From the NCBI GenBank assembly GCA_002189035.1, contig NEEC01000027.1, positions 558,001 through 622,000 on the forward strand: DNA of 64,000 nt, in the 5' to 3' direction. The notes beneath the pieces were generated by a model. The model was not told the origin of the DNA, searched no databases, and saw only the letters and a program-made list of their open reading frames with translations. The DNA is from Utricularia gibba. Its lineage: Eukaryota > Plantae > Magnoliophyta. The translations under genes were made by a program, and so were the position numbers. Shown here piece by piece: positions 26,840 through 40,566 of the stretch (position 1 is the first letter of the stretch; every line of letters starts with the position of its first letter).

Positions 26840-29800
26840 ATGAACGAATTTCGGAAGATTAAGAATACTATTCCGATCCTGCTTGGATGCAAACGTTACC
26901 CTTCTTGTAATATTGGTGTCATAGCTACCTCATTCATTTCTTCTTCGATCTTGCCCTATTTCTGTTCCTTCTCTACAATCAACTTTGATTCCGCAAAACA
27001 GTCGATGGCGTCGTCGGCAACAGTTAAGTTGCCGGCTTTAACTGCAGAAGAAGGCATAGCTAGGAGGTGCTGGGTGAAGTCCAGAAAGGAGACGGCGCTA
27101 GCTTTGTTCAACCCTTTTGTTGTTTCTTTGGCTTCCGGAAATCTCAAACTTGACACATTTCATCGTTATATCGCTCAGGAAGCACATTTTCTGCGTGCTT
27201 TCGCCCAAGCGTTAGTAGAAGCCTTGCTTGAATTTGTTTTGGTCATTTCTTGATTTTCTTTCTTTTCTTTTGTTGCTTTCCTTACGTTCATCAGGTGAAA
27301 TTCGGGACGAAAACTTTGTGCAGAATCATTTTCTTGTTCATTCACTTTCTTGTGTCTTTTTTTCGATCTTATGCTTTGTCGAATGAGGTTTAACTTCAGC
27401 GTATTTACTGTGTCGTGATTGGATATGTTTGGGGTTGGTAAAGTGATTTAGGATCGTGGGTTTAGAGAAAATAAGATGAGCACTTACCCGCTTGTCTGCA
27501 TAACATCCATTTCCTGCATTTATGTGTTGCCTGGTTTCTATCCGTATTCATCCTTTTGATGAGTTTCTTGCAAGCTTTCAGTAATCCGATCTTCATTTTT
27601 TTTTTGTGAAGTTAAATTAGTCCGTTGTTTTACTTTAATTGATTGGCATATCGTGGTCTGTTATCTTTTGTGGATTTAGTGCTCGAATCCTCTGTTTTTT
27701 TCAATCTAGTGAGCAATTCCTAAATCAGGACTTGCAATAAATGGTGTTGTGCTATCCTGATGTTGTGGAAATACATGGCTTTCTTATTTACAAAGTTTGT
27801 AAATCAGGTACGAAATGGCTGAGGAGTGTGCCGATGATGATGATGCAAAAGCCGGAATTTTGGAACTGCAGAAGAGCACCCTTGTGGAGCTTGAAATGCA
27901 CGATTCGTTTATGCAGGCTAGTAATTTACTTTCGTCAACAGGAATGGTTCTTAGATTATGAACATTAAATTGAGTGGGAACTCCCATATTTTCTTGCATT
28001 CAGCAGCAATGGGATTTTGATGGAATGGAACAAAGCGGTGCAAGTGTTGCTACTGTTAAGTATACAGACTTTTTATTGGCGACAGCCGCAGGGAATATCG
28101 ATGGAATTAAAGCTCCTGGAAAATTGGCCACTCCTTTTGAGAAAACCAAAGTAGCAGCGTATGCTGTAGGTGCAATAATTCCTTGTATAAAGTTGAAGTC
28201 CTTCATAGGGAAGGAGTTGCTGGCTGCTTGTGACTCTTGGGCTAGCATTCATCCTTACAAAAAATGGATTGAGAACTATTCCTCTGATGCTTTTCAGGTT
28301 TGCAATGCATGCCAGAAATCCTACCTAAAATAACGTTCCACTCATAGAGCATAGGAATGCTGCACAAGGGATTTCCCTGGTTTCCTTATTTGATTTTTTT
28401 TTTCAGGCTAGGGCATTGCAAACAGAAGATCTTCTGGAAAAGTTAAGTGTAACATTAACCGGGGAAGAACTTGATGTGATAGAAAAGCACTACCATCTAG
28501 CAATGAAACTGAAGACAAATTGTTTCCGAGAACAGTCTGTTGAGCAGAACTGTGGTGTTCCCTTGTTCAACTTCAATGAGAAGAATGATGGGGAACACTC
28601 TCTGATGTTGTTTTCAGACTTTGATTTAACTTGTTCCGTTGTTGATTCATCTGCCATCCTGGCTGAAATTGCAATAAGATCTGCGCCAAAAGTGGATCCA
28701 AATCATTCTGAAAACCAGCTTTCTAGGATGACTTCTGCTGACCTTAGAAGTACATGGGGGAACTGTCCGAGCAATATACCGAAGAGTATGAACAGTGTGT
28801 GGAAAGCATTTTGAGCTGTGAAAAAGGCAAGTGTGCATTGTCCTGTTAAATCTCGTGGATATTTGATTTTAAATCTCTTATCTTCTTAAATTTGAGGGTG
28901 TGAATGGAATGGGAGGACTAAGTCTTTGTGGCTTTTCAGTGGAAAAGTTCAACTATGAAGGCCTTTGGCAAGCACTTGAGCAGCTTTCAGATTTTGAAAG
29001 GAAGGCCAATAAGAGGGTCATTGATTCTGGCGTACTTAGGGGCTTGAATGTTGATGATATAAGACGCTCTGGAGAGTTTCTTATTCTTCAACATGGTTGC
29101 ACTGATTTCTTCCTTGATGTTGTCGGGAAAAAGCAGTTAAACTCAGAAGTTCATGTCCTTTCCTACTGTTGGTGTGCTGATCTTATCAGATCATCTTTCA
29201 CTTCTGGTACGCAATCTATGTATGCCTTTTCTTGTTGAAAAAATGGAGTTTTGTAATCTTGATTTTCGTGACAGTCTTGCTGTATTCAATGGACTGAGAG
29301 GGAAGTAGGACCTTGTGGCTTGATTGAAATATTCCAGTTGATTCCCAAAAATTGAATGCTTTTTGTGGGAGAAAGAAGTGTTATATTTGTTGCAGTGTAG
29401 CTCGTGTGCAAGTATATGTTTTCTTTCTGTTAATATCTGGTCATAATGATACTTTTGGCCTTCTGGAAGAAAGAGAAGGGATTAGCCTGTGTTGCTGTTA
29501 AGGGAAATTGCCTCTGTATGTGTGTTCATCACCGTGTTGATCAAAGCTTTTGGCTGATGAGCTTTTTGCACTACTGTTGATCAAATTCTTATACTTTCTA
29601 ACTAGCATGACGTCCTGCAGGTGGTTTAAGCATGGTAAACGTACATGCAAATGAGTTTCTTTATGAAGGTTCACTATCTACGGGAGAAATTGCCAAGAAG
29701 GTTGAATCCCCTATTGACAAGGTTGAAGCTTTCTCTAAAATCATTGCGGAAGGCCAGAATGATGGGAAGATTTTAACTGTATATATTGGAGACTCGTTGG

Positions 29801-30033
29801 GCGATTTGCTTTGCTTGGTTAAGGCTGATGTGGGCATTGTCATAGGCTCAAGCTCAAGCCTGAGAAGGGTGGGAAGCCACTTTGGCGTTTCTTTTGTTCC
29901 GTTATTCAAGGGTGTGGTGGAGAAGCAGAAGCAGTCAGCCGAGGAAAACCCACGAGACTGGAAGGGTTTGTCTGGAACTCTATACACTGTATCCAGCTGG
30001 GAGGAGATTCATGCCTTTATGCTTGCGTCTTGA
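26840..30033 (+). CDS. TH2: Thiamine-requiring 2 (TenA-HAD fusion, thiamine monophosphate phosphatase). Apparent -1 frameshift at 28756-28760.
   Basis: TenA part FVVSLASGNL..YIAQ..HFL, TPFEKTKVAAY, HPYKKWIENYSS. HAD part FSDFDLTCSVVDSSAILAE, VLSYCWC, VHANEF, YIGDSLGDLLCL, TLYTVSSWEEIHAF. In-frame ATGs at 26660, 26840 and 27005. Confidence 0.93.
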
Positions 30034-30740
30034 TCATGAAGGAGATGCTCATATAGCCAGTGAGACACAGGTCGGTGGACAAGAATGGTGGCCATTTTAG
30101 ACCCCAGCCACTCGCTTCCTTGTTCCCTTCGTTGTAATACAGGGATCCTACCATGAACTCAGCTGTTGGGGATCCCCACAACAATGATAAGTGCCATTTT
30201 TTCTGCTGATTTTTGTTTTGTTTTGACATCAGAATTGATACATTGCCGACTCCAAGAAGCCACCAAAGCTGGCTCGTCTTCTCTCCCTCATCCCTCTTCA
30301 TGGTGCTTTCACCTTTTTTGGGGTGGCAAGTTCAATGCTCACTGCAAATCCAAGTCTTGGAAATGTTGTTGTCTTGTTTGGTCCTTTTGAAGGCAACCAG
30401 TCTACTTACTGCACACGGATGGCCTGATCTCAGAGATCCTTGGGGTAGATCTCTGTCATCTCTTGTGGTCGGAACAGCAAAATAACATTGAGAAAACGGG
30501 CATAACGCTGATCCATTGGGTGGTTATGGGGGCGTTTAGGGAGGCTGGTTCACAATATGGTGATTGCAATTTTTTATGTTTGTTTAGTTATTCCTGATCC
30601 ACACGCTTCTTTGATTTCGGCACAGCGCTTTTAGAAAGCTCTGTAGCTTTCTCCAGCGCCGGCTTCGTTTTTCCAGTCCGGCCTGCGAAGTCCCCGGCGT
30701 CAGAAACAGACAATAAGCTTTCTCTCTCCTCTCAGCGAAG

Positions 30741-33700
30741 ATGCTGAAGTTCCTGAAAGGAGTGGTTGGCGGATCGGGTGCGGCCCTCAAGGATCTTCCT
30801 TATAACGTGGGAGAGCCGTACTCGACGGCGTGGGGCTCATGGGTGCACCATCGCGGAACCTCCAAGGTTCGTCGTTATCCTTGATACTCCCGACTTGCTT
30901 CCTTGTTTGGATGGTTTTCTTCTAGGTCGTCTTGTATGCTTTGCGGAATGACGGAAACATTGTGATCAGTCTCGTTAATTGCCATGTGGATTTTTCATCG
31001 GAAGGATGCTTGCGATTTGATTACAGTACTGATAAATTGCATTCTTATCTCTAATTCCGTTGGCGGTGGAGAGATGTCGTAAACTGCTTCTCTGATAAAT
31101 TGCAGCCCCTAGAGCATGTCCTCTTTTTGGTGTAATGCTTCTAGCAAAAATATCATAATCTTCAACATTATTTGTCTATGCATTCACTGTAACCTTCGTG
31201 GTTTGCCTTTTTTGGAAGCTTGAGCATCAATCCATTATGGGCTGCTTTTCTTTTTCCCGATTGAAATGAACTAGGATATAAGTGCAAGCTGCTTCATTTT
31301 ACCCTCATTTCTGTTGCAACAAATAGGAGGATGGCTCACCCGTGTCAATATTTTCTCTCTCGGGAAGTAGTACAAATGATGGACACCTACTTGCCGGTCG
31401 TAATGGTGTCAAACGCTTAAGAACGGTTGGTTTCATGATTCTGAATTTGAATGAGAATAATTCATATCGTGAGCATTGAGCCTCTGTTAAGATATTCCAT
31501 GTGTCTAATTATTAATTTTGTTTGCTTCCGATCTTGTTTTTTTTTTTTTCAGGTTAGACATCCAAATATTTTGTCATTTCTTCATAGCGCTGAGGCAGAA
31601 ATCACTGATGGTTCAAGTACAAAGGTTACAATCTACATTGTGACGGAGCCTGTTATTCCACTTTCTGAAAAGATCAAGGAATTGGGTCTAGAAGGCAAGC
31701 AAAGGTGTACATGTTGTTGAAATATTTGCTGTGAAGTGTGTTCTACCATTTGTTGGAAGATGGAAAGAGGCATTGGTTTGACATAGTTTCTCATGTTGTT
31801 CGTGTCCAGGGACGAATACTATGCATGGGGGCTGCATCAGATAGCTAAAGCCACGAGTTTCTTGAATAATGATTGTAAATTGGTATGCGATTGTTTTTGT
31901 AGCCATTCCTCTCTTAGATGTATGTCTCTATTTAAGAAGGTTTCTCCTCATTTTGGTTAGTGCAGGTTCATGGAAATGTTTGCATTGCTAGTGTTGTTGT
32001 TACTCAGACATTGGACTGGAAACTACATGCATTTGATGTCTTATCTGAGTTTGATGGGAATAATGAAAATTCTAATACGCCAATGCTGGTAAACTTTTTT
32101 TCACCTTTTCCATATCATTGATCTCACTGCCTTTGGTTTACATTGTGAAGAATCTTTATAGAAATTAATGGGTTATAGCTGGAAAATTTATTGATCCTTT
32201 AGACCAACTTATCCTTGTATATTTTGGTAATACTTTCGAAAAACATGAAAATGGAGCTATTTATAGCCAAAAGTAGTCATGGTTTCTTATTATGCGCATA
32301 AATCTATTCTCCATTAAGTTAAGTCGAAAATATTGAAAATTAATTCAATGAATTGTGTTGTAGGCTGGAGATAGTTTCTGTTTAACTGCCAAAATAAGAA
32401 GGTTTGTAATATTTGCTATTGCCATGACTTGATTAATGAATTGTGTTGTTGTATGTGATTCTTTACCATGTGCTTGAACCAGAAGTCAATTAGCTTCGCT
32501 ACACACATTTCTTAGTTTTCTTTTTAAACAGCAATATGAATGGCTTATTGCATCCCAATACAAGTCAATGGAGCTAATTAAATCCGACTGGTCTACCATC
32601 AGAAAATCTCCTGCTTGGGCCATAGATTCGTGGGGCCTGGGTAAGTTTGTACTTGGATATAGGCAATGATTGAAAATGTCATTAATGTTTCGCCGTTTGA
32701 GATAGTTGGATATATGCTATTTTTTTAATCCTGTATAATTAAATATTCCCATGTGTAACTGTTTGATGCTTGGTGAACTTGGTGCTTCACTGTAAAATAT
32801 TTTTTTTATCCTCCCTTTTGTCAAGTTTTATCCTCCCGTTTGTCTTTTCTTCCCTGAAAGAGTTTAATATTTTTCTCTTTTGTCCAGTTCGGCTATTCAG
32901 CTCATTTCTTTTTTTTTTGTATGATTTAATACATGTCCTTTTTTTGAAAAATTTAGGCTGCCTAATTTATGAACTTTTTTCTGGCATCAAGTTGAGTAGG
33001 ACCGAGGACCTGCGAAATACATCTAGCATACCAAAGGTGAAATTCTGTCCCACATCTTTTACTCTTCTAGGATGTTTTCCAAATTCTTACGTTTTTTTTA
33101 TCCGTATTTCCTTTTTTTTGAATGTCCCAATTTCTCAGAGATGATCTACTTTCCATGTTTAACAGTCTCTTCTTCAAGATTATCAGCGTCTCTTGAGTTC
33201 TGTGCCATCTCGCAGGTTAAACTCATCAAAACTTCTCGAGAATAGTGATGAGCGTCTTTTATTCTAACCTCTAGTAGTAGATATGCCTGGGTTCATTTAT
33301 TCTGCTGATAGAAGGATATGCAGTCTTTCTTGTTATTATCAAATGATGCATTGTGGTTTCTGAGTATTTCATTTTTTATTCTTTTCTTAAATATAAATTG
33401 GTTTTCAGAGAGATGACATATGCAAGCCTACAACTTTTTGTCCACATCTGAAGCCAGATTTGAAAGTTCTCAAGGACAATGAGCTTTTTTAATGACATAT
33501 CTGCAGAATATTTTCAAAATAAATTGGTGGAGACAATACAATTTATGGAGATACTTAGTTTGAAGGACAGTGTGGAAAAGGACACCTTTTTCCGTAAGCT
33601 TCCAAACATTGCAGAGCAGCTTCCTCGCCAGATTGTCTTGAAGAAGGTGTTATGTAACTTTCATTATTTGTAGATTAATATGAGGTGGTTTATAACATGT

Positions 33701-36700
33701 TTGGGTTTTTTCCAGTTGCTTCCACTGCTAGCATCTGCCTTAGAATTTGGGTCAGCAACGGCTTATGCTTTGACTGCATTCTTGAAAATGGCATCTTGGC
33801 TTTCAGCAGAAGAATATAGTGCAAGGGTTGGTGTTTGCTTCATGCTTTTGATACTTTTTCTTATTGATCTTTTCTAAATAGAGAAAGTTTGAGTTGTGTA
33901 GCTTACAATTGTATTGACACATAACTCAGGTTTTTTCCATTCCAGGTATTACCTACAATTGTTAAGCTTTTTGCATCAGTTGACCGTGCAATAAGGATTG
34001 GCCTTCTCCAGCACATTGATCAGTATGGCGAGTCATTGTCTGCTCAAATTGTTGACGAACAAGTATGCTTCGGATTTTGGTGTACTCTTTTTTAGTGATA
34101 CATATGCCTTGAGTTTTCTGAACAGAAAGAAGAAACAAAATGTTAGTTACCTTTTTAATAGGTATACCCTCATGTTGCAAATGGGTTTTCTGATACATCT
34201 CCTTCCCTTCGAGAGCTGACTCTGAAATCTATGCTCGTTCTTGCCCCTAAGGTAATGGAAGGTTCTATAACCCTCCCCTATTTTGCATTACTGATGCTCA
34301 GATTCCTAAATTGCTCTTCGGACCATTTATATACGTTGGATTACATGTGGATTTAGAATGGAATTTTCTTTCATTATTTACAAGGAATCGTGGAAACAGC
34401 TGCACGCCATCTAAATTCTACTATGATTTGCTAAACAGTAACTAGGATTAGTCTCATAAGGTTGTTATTGTTTCTGGGATTTTTATTGTGCATCGTTATT
34501 CCTGTTCATCGTAAAATTCAATGGAGTATCTATGTTTGGTTGATATATGTTGAAGGTTTGGTGTTGTAGTATGGGTAGATGAATTTTAATGTATGCCTGA
34601 TTTGAGGATTTCATTTGATTCATCTCCATTTTGCCACAGCTTTCTCAACGCACAATATCAGGATCGCTACTGAAGTTTCTCTCGAAGCTGCAGGTAGCAG
34701 CATGGAAACTGCTGCAGATGCAGTGTGCCCAATGTTACTTGTTGCTGTTACTGCATGATGTTTCCTGGGGATTGATGGATCTCGATTTTGTAATTTGATG
34801 TAATGCAGGTTGATGAAGAACCTGCTATTCGTACCAATACTACCATACTTCTTGGAAACATTGCAAGTTACCTTAATGATGGGGTGAGTGCCAATGGTAA
34901 AACATTTAGAACTTTCTGAAGTGTCATTTTGGAGAATTCTGCTGAGACTCTTGTATTATACTCATCAACTGACTGATATACAGACAAGAAAAAGAGTTCT
35001 CATAAACGCATTTACAGTTCGAGCTTTGCGTGACACATTCTCTCCTGCCAGAGGTGCAGGTACTCGACTTTAACTTATTACTTGTACATGAAAGCCTTTG
35101 GCGGCCAGAAATGCCCTCCTTTTTCTTAATTCTGTTGTCCTGATCCTGATCTAACCTATTTCCCTACCAAATATGCCTACTTTATTTTCCAGGTATCATG
35201 GCGTTGAGTGCCACAAGTTCGTACTATGATGCCACTGAAATCGCTACTCGAATTTTGCCAAATGTTGTGGTCCTGACCATTGATCCCGATAGGTAGTACT
35301 TCCTGTCTTCTTGTCGGTTGCTTGGTGCATCGGTCTCTTACCAGGATCTGTATTGTGCGTTTCACAGCTCCTGCATCTTTGTAGTTATTTTCTCCAGCTG
35401 CAAAGTTGGGAATGTTTGTTTCATTTAGAGGCACTTCACTCTTGATTTAGTTTTTCAGGCTATTTTCTAACATGTTATTTGCAGTGATGTTCGATCCAAA
35501 GCATTCCAAGCCGTTGAGCAGTTCTTGCAAATGCTGAAACAGTACAATGAAAAGGTAAGCATATGAAATTATTGCGGTGCTTCATCCAACTAGTTTAGAA
35601 AGTATTTCGTTTTAGTAGCGTATGTGGCGAAAGTATGGGCAAATTATACTCCTGCAGTAATTCCGTCAGTTGGCATTGATTTTTTCCCCTTCTTATAGGC
35701 AGCCGAGAGAGATGCCGGCAGCGCAGGCACTGGAATCACATCTACACCTGGAAATGCAGGATTACTTGAGTAAGCAAATTGTGACAATAACCTTATAAAC
35801 TAGTTCAATGGTCCTGCAAGGTTATAACCAGATGGACTCATGCATATTAGTACTTTTCCTATATGGACTTGTCCAATACATAGTTACTGATTATCATGAG
35901 CTATTTATTGCAACAATATCTGTTTCTTGATTCCACTCTGGCTTCAATTCAGTTGGGCAATGAGCTCTTTGACACTGAAGGGAAAGCATTCTGAGCAGAC
36001 TACTATGCACACTTCATCAAGCTCAAGCGTATCGCTTGCTTCAAGCTCCATTACCATTTCTGGTAAACTTCTTTAACATCAACCCTATTGCTCCTAACTT
36101 TTTTCACTCATTCTACTTCGAACTCTTTCTTAATGTCTCTGCCAGATGATGCAAACTTGGCTTTGGTTCCTGAAAAATCTGGAGCACATGTGACCGATTC
36201 TGCCGATAGCCATCGACGGCCCTCCCCAGCATCAACTGATGGATGGGGGGATCTTGAAAATGGCGTTCATGATGATCATGATGATGGAACAGATGGGTGG
36301 GATGAGCTTGAGCCACTTGAGGAGGCAACACAACCTTCATTTCTTGCGACTATCGAAGCAGCTCAGAAACTGCCGGTTTCCCTCTCAAAACCAAATGGTA
36401 CATGCATAAAGAATACAAAGTACGATTTTGTTTTAGAGCTATCCTTTTTCCTCATGTATAAGACTATCGCAGGCATCACATCTAGAAGACTAATTATGAG
36501 CATCTGGTATATGCTAACGTCAGTACATTACCCTACTTTTGTTCTTTCGTTCAGTCTCGAGTACAAGATCTAAGAGCATTCCTAGCCCAAGTAAAGATGC
36601 AGAACATGAAACCTGGGGTGACAGAGCAGGGCTTCTCGAGTAGCATCGAAGCAGCCCATCTCGAAAATCAGCGAAGAGGATGAGGAAGAAGAAGACCCTT

Positions 36701-36894
36701 GGGGAGCCATCCCCAAAAAATCTTACTCCAAGCCGCAGAAAGGGAAATCTGAAGAATCCGCTGATGATGACCTCTGGGCTTCTATTGCTGCTCCAACACC
36801 AACAATGGGGTCGAAGCCATCCCTGGCAGCACGGGGTCGGGGTTCCAGGCCCACTGCCCCTAAGTTGGGTGCCCAAAGGATAAACAGAACCTGA
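30741..36894 (+). CDS. SCYL1: SCY1-like pseudokinase with HEAT repeats (N-terminal kinase-like / CTEXP-like), about 17 exons
   Basis: MLKFLKGVVGGSGAALKDLPYNVGEPYSTAWGSW; RHPNILSFLHS; VHGNVC..WKLHAFD; LSLKDSVEKDTFFRKLP; DEEPAIRTNTTILLG; DGWDELEPLEE; ends PKLGAQRINRT* (TGA 36892-36894). Exons traced in frame except one donor (see findings). Confidence 0.92.
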
Positions 36895-37438
36895 GCAGGT
36901 TTTCCAATTCCTTTGCAGGTTTTTGTAAATGCTTCTGCCTAGGGAATTGGCCTTTTTCAGGCAGTTGCGTCACTCCCATCCCTGCCTGTGTGTGTTGCCT
37001 GCGCTCTCTCTCTCTCTGCAGTCCATCTCCTGTGATTTTCATTCTTCTTTCCCTTCTACGTGTATAAAAGAATAGTGCACTCTCTTTCACTCCTCAGTGA
37101 CTATAGATTTGATAGAGTTCTTTTCCGATCTCCACTTCGTCGTATCAAATTCCCCATTTGCGTTTACCAGTAACCCTAATAATCAAGTTGTCATTTATCA
37201 AGCACCCTAGTGCACAGTCTCCTTCCACGTTCATTTTGACTTCGCCCGTCCGGAGTGGTCCGCCTTGCCGTCTGTTTTTTTGCTTCCGTGGGGTTTTAGC
37301 TGTCTACTTGGCCTGGTCTAAATCTAGGAGCTCAGTTGACTGCTTTTAGAATTCGACCACTTCACCGCAGTTGGGAGCGTGGAAAAGGGTGGAGAGGAGA
37401 TGCTCACATGTAAGAGTCTTCGATGTGATCCGAATCCC

Positions 37439-39780
37439 ATGAGCAGAAATGCGATCGCCCTTGTGGGTGCACTCTTTTTAATGCTTTGTACTAGAGGAAA
37501 TCGGGTGGGAGCATCGATTCATGAATATAAGAATGCATCTTTCGTTCCTCGCTTCAATTCATTCTTCCTCCATGGCGGCAGTGAGGGGCTTTTTGCTCCC
37601 AAGAGTCATCAATCGCCGCAACCCGATCCTGGTGACGATGTTGTTAAGAATCTGAATGGTAAAACGTTCATAAGGTACAAATAGCCTTTTTGTGATTTGT
37701 TTCATTTCATTGCTCGTAGATCCTAAGGCGGGTGGGGGTCTGTGAATCTAAGTGGAACCATTTGGGTTATCGGGTCTGATTTTCAATGACTCTGGGAAAG
37801 TGTGTGTGAGTGGCATGGTGTGTACTGTGTGTGGGTTGTACGAATAAGATCCCAATTACCTTGTTAATATCAACAGCCATTGCTGAAAAGCAGGTGGGAC
37901 AGAGCTCCAATTTATCATATTATGATTTATTATGTTTAAGCTTCACTGCCAATGCAAGGACACTGCTGATCTTTTAATCCTAAAATGTCAATAACATGGT
38001 CTGTCACACTTTCTGGTAGGTTTGAGTCCATCACATTTAGAAGACCAATAGCCATTGCTGAAAAGCAGAATGCGATGCATCCGAGCACTGGAGTCATTGA
38101 AGCCATAATTGTTGAGGTTAAAGACAGTGATAGGATTGGGGATGTTCACATGAACTCTGATGCGATATGCTGCAGCACCGTTCTTGCTAAGAAAAAATTA
38201 TGCAAGGTTGGTGAGGTAATAATCCGTGAAGATCCTAGTAACCCTGGGTGGCCAAAAAGATTACAGACCTCCTTTGAGGGAAACGCTGAAGAGGCTAATA
38301 TGGTGATTCAAACTGTTGAGATCAACAAAACTGGAATGTACTACTTATATTTTGCCTTCTGCGATCCAGAATTAAAGGGCACAGTTGTCAGTGGAAGAAC
38401 GGTTTGGAGGAATCCAGAAGGTTATCTCCCAGGAAAAATGGCACCTCTTATGGCATTCTATGGGTTCATGTCTCTTGCATACCTTGTTCTTGGGCTCTTC
38501 TGGTTTTTGAGGTTTGTACAGAACTGGAGAGACATAATTCCTCTGCATTTCCAAATTACAGGAGTAATTGCTTTGGGAATGTGTGAAATGGCTCTCTGGT
38601 ACTTTGACTACTCAAATTTCAATTCCAATGGGATTAGACCTGTTGGAATAACGTTTTGGGCTGTCACCGTTACTGCCATGAATAAAACTCTTTCACGTGT
38701 CCTTATACTTGTGGTTTCAATGGGATATGGCATTATGAAACCAACTCTTGGTGATGTGGCTTTGAAAGTTACACTCCTTGCTGGTGTCTATTTTGTTGCA
38801 TCCGAAGCATTGGAGCTTGTTGAGCATTTAGGAAGCATCAATGACCTCACAGGGAGAATGAGTCTCTTTCTGGTGCTACCTGTAGCACTTTTAGATTCCT
38901 GCTTCATTATTTGGATCTTTTCATCTTTGTCAAGCGCCTTGGAGAAGCTGCAGGTATTTTTTTTACTCTTGAAATAATGGTTTCCTCCATTTCTCCTTTC
39001 CAGTTGAAATAACGTTAATCTATTACATAAAGTAGTGGCCATCCATCTCATTTCGTAAAACAAGACTAGTTTATGATTAAACCAATTGTGTTTTTCTGGG
39101 GGGGGAACCTGAGTTGGGCAAACCAGTTGCATCCTATGTAACACCGCGGATCACCTAACTTTAGCTTTTTGTGATTTGATTCAGATTCGCAGGAGCATGG
39201 TGAAACTAGAACTGTACCGGAAGTTGACTAACACGCTTGCAGTGTCAGTTCTGCTTTCGATTGCATGGATTGGCTATGAAGTAAATGACACCATTCTTCC
39301 TCACTTCAGCACACCTGTTGGCTCTAATATTCAGAATATTTCACTCATCTGAGCTTTTTTCTTTCTGTGTGTTCCTTTGGAACTCCTGTTTATTTCTTCC
39401 TCAGCTCTACTTCAATGCCAGTGATCCCGCAAGCGAGCCATGGCAAAGCGCATGGATGATCCCGGCCTTCTGGGCCATGCTTGCTTTCGTTTTACTGGCA
39501 GTGATGTGCATCCTCCTGGCACCTTCACACAACCCCACAAGGTAAGCCCCATTTCCTGACTTTGCCTGAAGCATTTGGAGCTCTGAATAAGATGACTGAT
39601 GCTCCTAGGTATGCATACGAGATGGGAGACGATGAAGAAGGATTATCATTAACGAGTGCAGGAGTGATGGTACCTGGAGACACGAGTCTGAAAGCTGAGA
39701 AAAAAGAAAGAAAGGCAGTGTTTGCACCTGACCTTGTGCTGAAGCTGGGAGAGGATCTGGAGGAAAACAAGAGGGAATGA
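37439..39780 (+). CDS. Lung seven-transmembrane receptor family protein (TMEM87/GPR107-like)
   Basis: Signal peptide followed by SIHEY; SFFLHGGSEGL; TGMYYLYFAFCDPELKG..WRNPEGYLPGKMAPL; LVVSMGYGIMKPTLG; WIFSSL; KLELYRK; WMIPAFW; stop at 39780. Alternative in-frame ATG at 37400. Confidence 0.9.
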
Positions 39781-40566
39781 GGTGAGTTCAGGTGCCATAG
39801 ACAGGTAAATAGAGGCACCGCCATAGAGACACATGGGGTGCCAGGAATACTCTTGTACTAACAAGGAGCTTGATTTACTAACTCCATACTTGCCATTCTA
39901 AGCTTCATATGCAACAAGTAGTAGTTAGTGTTGTGTTTCATGTACATGTTCATGTTAGAGCTGCAGCCAGGAGGAGTTGTTCTGCTGCTTCACTATTCCA
40001 TCACCCTTTCTCGGTAGAACTATGAAAGCAGCAATTCGAGTTTTTCGGAATTTACGTTTCTGATTTGCATCATTTAGAAAAATGATCATCTTGTTTTATA
40101 TGTATATTTAATATCATGATTTATGTTTTTTTGATATTGTCTGTTTCATATATTCAATATTCATGATTTTATGTTTTTTTTTTAAAAAAATGTTGATAAA
40201 AAGAATCTTTTTATTTAAATATGTTCACTTTCTAATTAATTAGAAAATCATGATGGAGAATCAGTTTTATGAATAATTTTTTACAATTTTTTTTAAAACT
40301 GAATAGTTGATTTAAAATTGATTTAAAGTAAAATGTATCATCAAACATTTATTTTAAATAAATATCTACCCATAATGCTGTCTTTTTTTGTTAACTTTCA
40401 ATGGGAGAATATTAAAATAAGGAAATGGTTTAAGCGCATCGTCTGCATTTTCGGGTATAAAGTGACTGCGACAGCCAATCGCAGGCGGATCTGAAATTTC
40501 GCCTGGAGTTGATTTTTGGTTGAGGTTGAGTGGGTCGACGACTATCATAATTGAGCATTCTCAAGT

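Noticed and set aside
33248-33506. U12 AT-AC intron in SCYL1
   Set aside because: The donor is ATGAGC, not ATATCCT, and the nearby AC acceptor would break the frame.
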